From Convolutriloba macropyga (lineage: Eukaryota), in assembly GCF_964194025.1 (NCBI RefSeq), contig NC_134472.1:4588001-4652000 (forward strand): a stretch of DNA of 64,000 nucleotides. Reading direction: 5' to 3'. Below the pieces are notes generated by a model. The model ran no database searches, was not told where the DNA came from, and saw only the letters and a program-made list of their open reading frames with translations. Shown in pieces: positions 50,217 through 61,664 of the stretch (the stretch's first letter is position 1; each line of letters begins with the position of its first letter). The position numbers and the translations under genes are program-made.

Positions 50217-52142
50217 ATGGATGGAACCGATTCTAAGGATTTATTGAGTGTTGCTGAGGGCAACCCTGAGGACACGCACAATGCATGCGACGAGTGCAAG
50301 GAGTTGCTTGAAGGAGAATCAAATCTTCTATATTGCTGTTTTCCTTGTAGCGAAGGTGAAGAGAAAACCTGCAACCGAAGTTTCATGTGCAGTAGTTGTA
50401 TCACACCACATGCTAAGAAAAATCACCTGATTATGGACATGTATGGTCATGAGGTTTCACTGTGTGAAAAACACAAATCTGTAAATGAGCTCTATTGTGT
50501 TACATGTGTAAACGTTATATGCATTCGTTGTGCGTTGGCTCATAAAAATCACGAAGTTTTGCCTATTGACCAAAAATCAAGTGATGTCAAAAAAGAGGTT
50601 TTTAAGTACATCAATGATTTCGATTCCTTGACAAAAGATGTGAAATATCATCAACATCGACAGAAAGTTTCTCTTGATGCGCTCAAATTAGAATCTGAAA
50701 TTTATCGACCAGATACAATTGATGGCACATTGCATCAATATGTCTCCGAAGTTTTCACAACAGCCTCAAAGAGTCACAAAATGTCCGATTTGAAGAAAAA
50801 GATGATCGAGAAATTTCGAAAAGATGGACGCGAACTACTAACGGAATCGAAGTCGACAAAATTTGATCGGATTGTAGACTCTGCGGACAATTTTGTGATT
50901 AAGTTGCGAGGTGTTTTGAATTCGTCAGATGATGTTTTAGTCTCGAGTTTCAACGAAATGATTTCTGCAATGGATAAATCCTTGAACGAGCAGAGAACTC
51001 ATTTGAATTTTCATGTGATTTTTCAGCCTTTTCATTTCCGAGATGAGAAGTTCCAGGAACTGTTGGTAGAAACGATAAGCTCCTTTTTCCAGTCAATGAT
51101 TTGGCCGACAGCCAAATTGTGTCCTATAAACAAAATCGAGATGACGAAAAGGATGCTGTCGCGAGAGTCTTTATCGAAGTCTTGCTTTCGCGTTTATGGA
51201 GCACCCGATATATGCTGTTTGTTCTTCCGCGATGGAAGCGGTGCTCTGAAATTGTCACTGAATCGTATTGGCATTCCAGGTGTTTCGTACTGCAGTTACT
51301 GCAACCCCTATCATTACATTAGAGAGAACTCAAGCAATGGGTTATTCTGCTGGAAATGTAAAATTTCATCTGACCGCAGAACTAGTTTCAAATTGAATCG
51401 ACACTTCGACGAAAATTTTCACGCGTCAGAGTTAACAGATATCAAGCTTGTCTCAAATCCATTCGATATATCATCTGCGAAAATTATGAAAAATTTTGTC
51501 ACCCTTATAGCCACGAAGACATCGTTTTTCAGTTGTAACATGTTGTCCAATGAATCTAGTGTCAACGTACAAAAAGTTTTTGATGGTCTTGATCAAACTG
51601 ATGTCTTGATATATTACCAGCAACGTGATAAAGTAAATTGTCTCATATACGATAATGATCAGAAACAAGTGCGGCCTTTTGAGCCGGATGAAAAACTAGA
51701 GGTCATTGCTTGTCGTGAAAAGCCGTTGCTGGTATCGTTCAACATTACCTTAAATTTCATGGCCGCAAAATTTAAAGATGACGATGCGAACAGTGTTCAT
51801 GTTTTATCTTCTGAAGGGAACTTCGAAATAACAGTGCACTGCCACGGCTTGCGGTCAGTTGATTCAATTTTGTTTTTATCCTCAACTTTGACTCTGTGGG
51901 ACTTCGAGAGATCTCTATGTGTCGTCTTACGTCAAAGTTGTAATGGTGAAATGTCAAAATGGATTTGTGTTGGTGTTGTTCATGCCACTTTTGAAGACGC
52001 TCCAACTGATACGAAGATACTCCGTGTTCAGTTTGTTACTGGTTCGACAGCCATCGTTGTGGTCGAGTTGCAAACCCCTGATAACCTCCTTGCTTATTGG
52101 ATTGACGAACTGGACTTTCTAAACAAAATTCCGAAACTGTGA
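50217..52142 (+). CDS. RING-less TRIM-like protein, paralog 5, 641 aa, intact
   Basis: CDEC..CFPC..CSSCITPHAKKNH, CEKH..CVTC..CIRC..HKNH, VFKYINDFDSLTKDVK, WPTA, VNCLIYD, CREKP, HGLRSVD. Ends IPKL. Confidence 0.9.
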   Translation: MDGTDSKDLLSVAEGNPEDTHNACDECKELLEGESNLLYCCFPCSEGEEKTCNRSFMCSSCITPHAKKNHLIMDMYGHEVSLCEKHKSVNELYCVTCVNVICIRCALAHKNHEVLPIDQKSSDVKKEVFKYINDFDSLTKDVKYHQHRQKVSLDALKLESEIYRPDTIDGTLHQYVSEVFTTASKSHKMSDLKKKMIEKFRKDGRELLTESKSTKFDRIVDSADNFVIKLRGVLNSSDDVLVSSFNEMISAMDKSLNEQRTHLNFHVIFQPFHFRDEKFQELLVETISSFFQSMIWPTAKLCPINKIEMTKRMLSRESLSKSCFRVYGAPDICCLFFRDGSGALKLSLNRIGIPGVSYCSYCNPYHYIRENSSNGLFCWKCKISSDRRTSFKLNRHFDENFHASELTDIKLVSNPFDISSAKIMKNFVTLIATKTSFFSCNMLSNESSVNVQKVFDGLDQTDVLIYYQQRDKVNCLIYDNDQKQVRPFEPDEKLEVIACREKPLLVSFNITLNFMAAKFKDDDANSVHVLSSEGNFEITVHCHGLRSVDSILFLSSTLTLWDFERSLCVVLRQSCNGEMSKWICVGVVHATFEDAPTDTKILRVQFVTGSTAIVVVELQTPDNLLAYWIDELDFLNKIPKL

Positions 52143-52429
52143 AGCTTGTTTTTGACTTTTACTACTTTTCATCTGAAGTTTTCCTCAACGTTATTAATTT
52201 GATTTTATTGATTTGTTTAGACTCTCTGAAGTTGAATGAACTGTTTCAAAGTACACGAAAAAAGGTGTGAAATCATATAGCTAAGTGATAGTCTCGTTTT
52301 ACTATAAAGAGACAGTAGCATCTGATGAGACTTGTACTATCTTTTATCTTTCCTTTATTTTAATTTTACTTTAATTTAATTGCTCTCAAACGAACTTTGT
52401 AGCAATTCCCTAGTCATTGACCATTGCAA

Positions 52430-52840
52430 ATCTTATAAGATCTTATAAGATTCTTATCTGGCCTTACAAGTTAATGCATTAATCTTGTAAGATTGTATAA
52501 GAGACTTACAAGATTTACTCAGAACTTATAAGATCTTATAAGAGTTGTGAAAATTCGTAAGATCTTATAAGATTTTTATAAGATATGTTTTAATCTTATA
52601 AGAGTTCCTAAGAATAGTAACAACTGGAAAGATCTTATAAGGATCTTATAAGACACACATTATTCTTACAAGATTAAAACATATCTTGCAAGTCCTTAAA
52701 AGAATCTTATAAGACACACATTATTCTGCTAAGATTGAAGCAGATCTTGTATGATCAAAATGGAATCTTATAAGAGACACAATATTCTTATAAGATAAAA
52801 TCATATCTTGTAAGATCTTACAGAAATCTTATAAGACACA
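52430..52840. repeat. minisatellite built from the palindromic motif tcttataaga
   Basis: More than 20 exact or variant copies of tcttataaga / cttacaag / cttgtaag. Confidence 0.85.
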
Positions 52841-52859
52841 GATTATTCCCGTTTTTAGA

Positions 52860-53008
52860 GTTTATCCCGTTTTTGAGGACGAGAAAAAAAGCAAAAAAAA
52901 ATCGCATTGATAAAGACCGACAGGACTAATATAATTATATTAGTCCTGTCGGTCTTTTTCAATGCGATTTTTTTTTGCTTTTTTCTCGTCCTCAAAAACG
53001 GGATAAAC
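52860..53008. repeat. 149-bp near-perfect loopless palindrome
   Basis: Centre at 52934/52935 (caggactaatataa|ttatattagtcctg). Arms of 75 and 74 bp differ by one substitution and one homopolymer indel. Confidence 0.95.
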
Positions 53009-56000
53009 AGGTAGCGCCCAGCGGGCATTAAGTGCTCTTAGTGCCTTTCAACTCACTAGTCCTCCAGTATGCGGTCCACAGAAACTGTTTTGGAGACTTA
53101 TACTTATGGTGTGAAGGGCGATTCTTGAGGTTGAAGAACCCCTCCCCCCGCCGCTGTTGCCAACGCCACCTGCACCGTTCCCCTGTGTCTAGCTGCTGAC
53201 GAAGCCAACCGCTTGCCGATCGTTTGAGAGCAATTCGCCCGACGTTAGTCTGTTATGTTTGATTTGTTCAAACTCTCTGAAGTTGAATAAACAGTTTGAA
53301 AGTAACCAAAAAAGTTGTGATTTGATTTTCTAAGTTATTGTCTCTTCTTTACGATAAAGATACAGCAGCATTTGTAGAGATAGACGAGTGTAGAGCAGTA
53401 TTCTCATGATCCTTGAAGGTGCTCTTTATTATATTGCTGAATTTTGTGTACTACTCGTCCTTATATTGCTGTTTATTATATTTGTTTTACAATTTGAGTT
53501 ATGACAGCTGGTTTCTTAATTACTCTGAAACGAAATCTATAGCACTTTTCCTCTTATCGTTTTGTTGTCTGACCGACAAATTCATGAGTTTGTTTTTAGA
53601 ATTGGTATAATTGGGAAAGCCAGAGGGCATTAAGTTGACGAGCGTTTCTCTGAGTGCCTAATTAGACTCTAAATATGTGATTCGCCGAAGCTGCTGAATC
53701 AACAAATTTATGATGTTAAGGGCCATTCTTTGAGTTTTAGACCCAACATTTAGTCATCATAAAATAAACGAAATAACAATTGTAATTTTTTTGGCACTTG
53801 AATGTTGCGACAAGCTCAGTTTCAGACAATCGTGTTTTTTTAAGACTGCACCACGTTGTAGCAGTTCTTTTTGATATACTTTTTAGTTTCTTTTTTACTA
53901 TATGCTGCAGTTTTAGTTTTTAGTTTTACGAAATTACTTTATCGTTGTCGCTGCTTTTCTTTTTCATTCGATTTCGAAAGATAGAATTCATAGTTGTCTT
54001 TTAGCATACAACCAATAGCCAATAAAATGTGCTAGTGCAAATACATTGAAAACTATGAGACAAAGTTTTCAGTGGGTCGTTTTACGAAAAAACACGGATT
54101 TTCAAAACTAAATTCAAATTTCCTTTAAATGCAGGTTCGAGGGTTTTTTTCAAATTTTTTCTTTAGATAAACATTCTTATTCTGATAATGTAACAGGAGT
54201 TGTTTTAGCTGCATACTGTTTTGTCCTGCAGGCAGGCCGGGAGAAGTGTTGCCCTTTATGCTTAGGTAACAAAACATTTTCATACGTGCGTTCGGGTTTC
54301 CCAAGTGTTATCGTAATTTTAAAATTGGCTCTCGACATTGATGACATTCAGTTGTTTTTTCTTTTGTCATTTGGATGTTCAATTTTTCGGAATAAATTGA
54401 TGTTTGATGAATTACTTGGGAATTCGGTTCTTGTCATCTAGCAGACATAAAAAATTTTTGTTTGGGAAAGGTTGAAGATTTTCTTACTGTATTTTGAAAT
54501 GGTTTTAATTGGCTTTTCTCTCGATTTGAGTTCAGTAGTTGTTGAGTTCGCCTTTCTCAAACAAGCAATCGGCGCTTTAAAATTCATGGCGTTGTTCCGA
54601 TTTCATATAATGAGAGAAGTACCTCTGGGTTAGGCGTACCTTTTTTGTTCTCTTTTGTGAGCCGCAAAATTTTGCTTAGTAATATATATTTTTTTGCTAA
54701 GTAATCGTTTTTATGAAAGCCCTTGTCGAGTTATAAATTGTTTTTGTTTGCCAGATATAATTTTTGTGAAAAAATTTTTGTGTTTAAGTTTTCTCTCAAA
54801 GCTTTTTGTGAAAAAAACAGTGAAAAATATCTAAACATTAGTCCATTGAAAATTCATTTTAAGTATTGAAAATTATGAAAAAGAGGTTTGCAAAAACTCT
54901 TGTAACTGTTTATTGGTTAAAATTATTGTTGGATACATAAGCAGTTGATGGAAGTTTAATACTTTTCAATTCGTGCATAATAAAAAATTCCAACAGTCCA
55001 AAAATTTGTATGACAGAATAAAAAATAGGAAAATGATAGAGCTGTCAAGTAAATACAAGTTTTTTCCTCTCTTTATGAAATATAATTTTTGAAGACCGTT
55101 CTAAAATTTTGCTTGACGATTGCTTGAAGCTGCTTTTGGGCGGAAAAGTGCAAGACGAAACTAAATGGTGGTTTAATGTTTTATCGTGCTTCAGAAGCTG
55201 AGAGATAGTCAATTACAGGGAAAACTATAGTTCTGGTACCCAATCTTTCTACATGCTTTTAATCAGGAGTAGGTTTTGTGAAAAAAACATTTTCAGAAAA
55301 TGTGTCATTCCGTTTTTCTGAAAATATTCTGATGAAAAAGTTGCAAATATGCAATCAAAAACAAGTTATCGTGTTATAAAGGATAACTTATTTGATAGAC
55401 GATTGACAATTAAAGTTGCTTTACTGTTTCACAATCAAAATTTCGTTGTCGTTTTGAGAATACATGTTTGTAGCGGTTTTAAGGTTTGCTCATGTCTGAG
55501 AACCAATTGCAGACAAACATTTAGATGTTTGAAACCCTTGCGTTACATATGTGGTGCTCTTCACTATGTTTTTATAGATGATGTCTTAATAGGTTTGGCT
55601 CTACATAAGTGGCCCTATACAGGTATTGATAAAAAAGCGTTTTCTTTTTTTTTAAAAAAAAATAATGAATCTGAAAAATCAATTTTTTAATAGCTGATTG
55701 GAGTTCTGATTGGTCTTTATTTTTTCAGGCAGCTTTTTTGTAATATATATGGTTTGGGATGACAATTAAATGCTCATATATTAAGAGAATCTGCTGTAAT
55801 TTAACAGTTCTGATTGGTCATGAAGCTGATTCAAAAATACTTGATTTTCTAATTAGTTCATTATTTTCGTACATAATTTTTTTAATAGAATGTTCATTTT
55901 CCTATAAATATTTGGTTTATTTCTCAACACCACGGAGAAACTCATACGAAAAATGTCTATTTTTAGTTTAATGTTATTGAAACTTTTTGAAATTTTTTTT

Positions 56001-58332
56001 AGAGAAATATGAAGATATTTATATCAAACCTGAAAACTATGAAACGTTGTATGTTTTTATGGTTTTATTGATAGCATGCAATCGCTGCGCATTCACAATT
56101 GAATGAGCAGCGACCAATGATGACTGATTTGACAATTAGTGCTTTTGGTCTACAATGAGATTTGAAAAAGAAATCACCCAAATTTTGTCTTATCATTTTC
56201 TTTTTAACTTCGATCACATTTTATTCAAAATTTGCAGGTTTTTTCCTACCTCTGTCACTTACTAAAACATTGTTTTTCATCAGTTGTCAAAAAGAGCTTC
56301 ATGTACTCAACCAGCTATTACGGAGGTCCGATTTCGTAAAATTTGTAATTTGTTGCAGTCTTTTTTTCAACAATTCTTATGATGATTTTGACATCAATTG
56401 AAAATCAAATGAGCTATGTATTTTTAATCACACTGGGGCAGAACAGGTGTTACAAAACAATTAACAATAGGGCGTGAACGACTATTTCTTTAATAAGAGA
56501 GAAAGAAGATTTCATGAGTTTTGCTGACGTGCGATGCTTTGACTGTTATCCCCTTTGCAATATCAGAATTTCACGCGATTGTGATAAAAAACGTAATAAA
56601 ATGGAGCTCATTGGAGTTTAGCACTAATTTTGTGGATCACTTTTCGTGCTCTGATATTTTTCTTTGAAAATAAACGTTTTTGATAAAATTTTGGATATTT
56701 TTTTAGTTCTGGTTCTCCTATTAATAGTTCTTTTTGGTGATTTTCAGTGGTTTTATTTACATTCACAGATTTTGCCGGCTTAAAAACAGTTGTCTTTCAA
56801 AGAAGATATTTCAACTTTTTCAAATTTGGCATGGTATTTTTCTCCCTGTTTGGTTTTTTCTGTCTCTTACTTTTAACAGCTCCTTTGTGTTTTTAATGAT
56901 AGCCTTTTAGCCGTAATCCTTTTAAATGATTAATGCCTCAGTTGTTCCATCTGTTCATTTGTTTTTACTAATAGTTGAACCGTTTCTTCAGGAACTAACT
57001 ATAGTTTTTTAGTAAGATTTAAAAAAAAATATATATTTGTTTTTCAATCAGTGTGGCGCCAACTGTTTTCCAAAGCCAAATCGAATTCCTTTTTTTGCAC
57101 ATTTTTCAGGTCCGCATATTTTTTGTTGTAATAGCACGTGGCGTGTGTGTCATTAATATGTTCTGTTCAATCTGTGTTCTGACTTGTGTGTAAATTGGTT
57201 TGATGCCACATGAAGTTTGAAATAGTATTTTCATTAAACATTTTTTCAATTGTGTAAATCTTTTGCTAAATCAATACCAAAGCTCGTCGGTAGTAATGAA
57301 ATCAACCAGCTAGTCGGTTTTCATCTTTCTTTTTTCTCGAATAGTATTCTAGGACTTTTCGTGTGGTGTTTCTTAATTTCTCCAACAGATTGTTTCATTT
57401 TAGCTGCTGATTGTGTTAGCCGCTTTTTTTATATATTTAACTTGATTTATTTGCCTACCTTATGCACTTTTATTCCTTCTTTGAGCAAATATGCATTTTA
57501 AATGAAACACACTTAACGTGATTTTACTAGGTGAAAATATTGTCTTGATGAATGATAATGTAAGCCACTTAATCCAATCAAATATGACAAGTAATGCGAA
57601 AACAATTGTTTCAGTTTCCAGTTTTGTTCATTTGGCAATAATACAGAATCTCATGGCTACGAATTGGTAGAAATGATGAAGATTTCATTGGACAAACGCG
57701 ACATGAATCTGCTGCTTCCTTTTATTTTGTGTTTTTTTTCGATGTGCTAGATCGAAAAAATTTTAATTATTGTATTCTTATCTAAATCATTGTAACTTTT
57801 ACAGCCCCATTTGCCATGTATTTGAGCAAAATAATGTGCATACTGAAAAAAATGAGTATTAAAAATAGTTAACCTTGAATTGGAAGCCATCAATTTGATT
57901 TTAGAATAGTTAAAAATTCTCGATGAGTTATAGAGAAAGACTGATAAAGCAAAATATAAACTGTCAACAATGCAACAAAAATGAAACTTAAGTTGGGTTT
58001 TTGTGGTAATGCAGTGTTTGAAGAAAACTTTTGTTAATTTTTATCAATATTTTAAGTGCTAAGTTTTCTTTTGTAATTGAAGATTACTCAAGCTTTTTGG
58101 TTGTTCTGAAAAAAAAACAATTTTTCCTGGCTGTCGTTTTCAAAATTCAGCAAAATAACATTAACTTGTCGTAGCAGCTCGATAAAAACAATGCTTGTTG
58201 CTGACAAACCTTTTTGTTATATAAATTGAGATTTAATATGATATGCTTTTCAATGCTAATATGCGAACATTCTGTGCCACGCACAGAATAAGCGAGCCTT
58301 CTTGTTTTAGTTTGTGATTGCTTTGGTTCACG

Positions 58333-60235
58333 ATGGAGATGTTTGACTCTGATTCATCGCTTTCTGAAACACGAGATATGGAGAAAGAAGGAAGAAACTG
58401 CAATGAATGTGGAAAAAGCTTGTCAAGTGAATTAGACATTCTTTTCTTCTGCTCTTCTTGTGCTGAAAGCGAAGAATCGGATCAAAGATCTTTTATTTGC
58501 AGTAATTGTATCTCTCCACATGCAAGCAAAAATCATTCAGTTATGGACGTGAACGGATATGAAGTTGCAATTTGTGAAAACCACAGATGTATAGTTGAGA
58601 TATATTGTGTTACTTGTTCTGTTGTTATTTGCTATCGTTGTACACTAAGTCATAGCAATCATGCATTTGTTCCAATTGGGCAGAAATCAGCCGAAGTTCG
58701 GAAAATGGTTTTCAAGTACATCAATGAATTTGATTTGTTGACGAAGGATGTAAAACACTATCAAAATCATCAGAAATTATCATTAAAAAGCTTATTTGAT
58801 GACTTGGAATATTACAGACTTGATACGGTGGATGATATTTTGTTTCAAATATTTTCAGAACAGTTTCGAACCATAACAAGCAGCATAAAATGGGATGACT
58901 ACAAACAGCAATTGTCTGAGCATGTCCAGACAGAACAGACCAGGGTGCTGAATGAAGCCAAGGCTTCTAAATTTGATGAAGTTGTTATTTCTGCCGATGA
59001 GTTTGTAAACAAGTTACGAGGTGTTCTTAGATTATCAGATGGTTTTTTGATCAAAATCTTTGAAGAGATGATTCCTTTACTGGATGGTTCCTTGGCAGAC
59101 CAGAAAACTCATCTAAAGTCACATGTAGTGTATCAACCATTCCATTTGCAGGGTCAAACATTTCACAAAGCGTTAATTACAGCCGCTCATACGTTTTTGG
59201 AATCAATTGTTTGGCCCACAGCTAAATTGTGCCCGGTTACTGAGGTTCACATGGAAAAAATTGGAGTAGCAGAAGACTTGGGCTCTAATTTCATCTTTCG
59301 CTCTTATATAGAGTCGGGTATACGTGTTTTGTTGAATATGAAGTTGACCCGATTTTCTGTTTCTAAAATAGTGCCTTTTCCAGCGTATTGTCGCGGATGC
59401 ATGACTAATAATGGGCTTTTTTCTCAGGACTGTGAGCATTGTTCTGACTCTGCCATCAAGGGTATTTGCTTCAGTTGAATAGGAAATTTGCAGCTTTGAA
59501 CTTGAAAGATTTCATATCAGTCAAACACGTGAAGGATCCCTTTAACGTTGCGTGGTCTGGTGAAATACCAATTGTTACTATTATGTTGAACATCGGTCAC
59601 TCGTGGTCAAGATGCAATATATTTTCGCATCACATTTATGCCGAAAGGTACGAAAATGGTAGTGGCCTTGATCCTGGTGATGCTTTGCTATATTATCACG
59701 AAAAGTATGATCAAGTTAATTGTTTAGTATTTGACTATGAAGCCCAAAAAATGGTCTCTCTAGAAACAGATAAGAATTTCAAATTCCATGCACTGAAAGA
59801 CCAGAACTATTTTCTTTCAGCTCTACTGTTCAATTCATGGCTGCTAAATTTGACAGAGATTGTCAAAATAGTATCCATGTGTTATCGGCAGAAGGTGGAT
59901 TTGAAATAACGGAAGAATGTCATGGTTTGAGGTCAGTTGATGCAGTGATGTTTCTGTCTTCAGCGCTGACTCTGTGGGATTTTAAGAGGTTCATGTGCGT
60001 TGTGGCGCGTGAGAGTTTTGTGGGTCCTGTGTCAAAGTGGATTTGCGTGGGTGCTATTCACGTGATATTTCACGGAGCAGACGATAAAAATGCAAAGATA
60101 TTGAGTGTTGAGTTTGTCCACAATCGCTTCGAAAATGTTCCTGGAAGTATTGTTATCGAAGTGGAAACTTTTAAAGGACAGCAAGGATTTTGGACTGCTC
60201 AAAATTCTTTTCTGGCATCAATTCCAAAATTGTGA
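58333..60235 (+). pseudogene. TRIM-like paralog 6, full length but with two -1 frameshifts (~59471, ~59782); recent pseudogene or assembly error
   Basis: Three ORF pieces (58318, 59466, 59837) tile the 50217 paralog. Restoring 1 nt at each site gives FQLNRKF and IPCTERPELFSFSSTVQFMAAKF. Ends IPKL. Confidence 0.85.
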
Positions 60236-61664
60236 TAGAAGTAATGTTCCTCCAACCCTTGTTTATGTGAATTTTCATTTTGATAAACAATTTGGTATTT
60301 TTTATATACAGAAAATTTGGAAAACAGACGGGCAACAATTTTTTTAGCATCTGCTTATAAAGATTATATTTTTATTCAAGCAAAATGCTTTGGAGATACG
60401 TTTTTGGAGACCCACTTGTCTCATAAAAACGACAAGTTTTTGCTATCTAAGCCCCAAAACGTTAAAACACATCCCTGTTTAATTAATGCCCTAAAAATGT
60501 TAGCATTTGCATAAATGATATCTCGCAATCCAGGATCACAATTTTTTTTGATTGAGCGATAGATAAATAAACAATATGTGGCCGCAATGGATCAATGTTT
60601 ACCGCAATTTCTCAATTTTTTCCCAGTTCGTCTATTTAATAAAATTCAATTTTAGTCAGATATTGCAAAAGTAATGACCGGGACAGTTTTTTTTCTCAAA
60701 ATTTTTTTTCAAGAGCAAACTCGGGGCAAAAGTGGTAAACGTATTGATATAGAAGTTACGAAAAATTCTTTCAGTATTTTCTCCAGGTGGTTGATATCTT
60801 CTTTAAAATACTACTTTATTTCTCAATATTATTCCAGCAGGCCAAGAGAATTTAGATCTTTAAATATAATTTTTAAGCTGTAGACTTTCAAATTTAAAAA
60901 CTATTCTTTTACAGACCATATACAAGAGGCTTGATAATATGCGTTCGGGAATAGTTTTCCAACCCCACTCATCCAAATTGTTGACTGAATTGCTTACCAA
61001 ATGAGGAAGAGAAATATAACCTAACAATACGCATGCTGAAAATATTTCGAAGTGAGTAAAAAAAGTCAAATGGCATCAGATAAAACTTTTGGCTGTCTGT
61101 AAACTGGCTGACAAAAGTCCACAATTAAACCAAGACTAGCCTGGATATTGCTGCTCGTCCATTATACTAACAATATTTCCAAATGTTAGCGAAATAGATC
61201 ATTTTAAAATAATATCAGAAACAATTGGTTAATTTTGGATAATTGTGTTAAATTATGGAAAAATGGATGAAATTCTAATTCCAGAGGACTCTTATAGGAA
61301 ACCGATTTAAAATTAGCCCTCTTTAGAGTTTGAAAAGGCTATTTCGTCAGGTTTTTTGGTTTGTACTTCTGGAAATTATAAACAGAGTTTGCTAAAGAAT
61401 TATTTTTGGTGCCTTTTTTGATCAAAAATACGCTGAATTCTGAAAAATTTAGGCAGCAGCACTCCTCCGTCTTTATAGGTAAAATTCTTATAGGTAAAAT
61501 TCTCACTGTCGCCAAGTAGAGCAAAAGAGTATTATATTCACTATTTTTCTGCTGAACAAAAATAAAAGTCTCTCTTAGTTGTATTGACTCGAAGTGGACT
61601 TTGCGTTTTTCAGATAACAGGTGCAGTAAAATGTGATGCTCAGTGTCACACTTTTTTTGCAAAA

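Larger units (their letters stand above)
52378..53235. mobile_element. MITE with 16-bp TIRs carrying a nested ~0.6-kb insert
   Basis: aattgctctcaaacga (from ~52378) and tcgtttgagagcaatt (53220-53235). Comparison with the 22076 copy shows that 52397-53010 is extra. Confidence 0.75.

Noticed and set aside
53400-58250. Short AT-rich ORFs between paralogs 5 and 6
   Set aside because: Low-complexity F/L/K/I-rich translations with no motifs; treated as intergenic.
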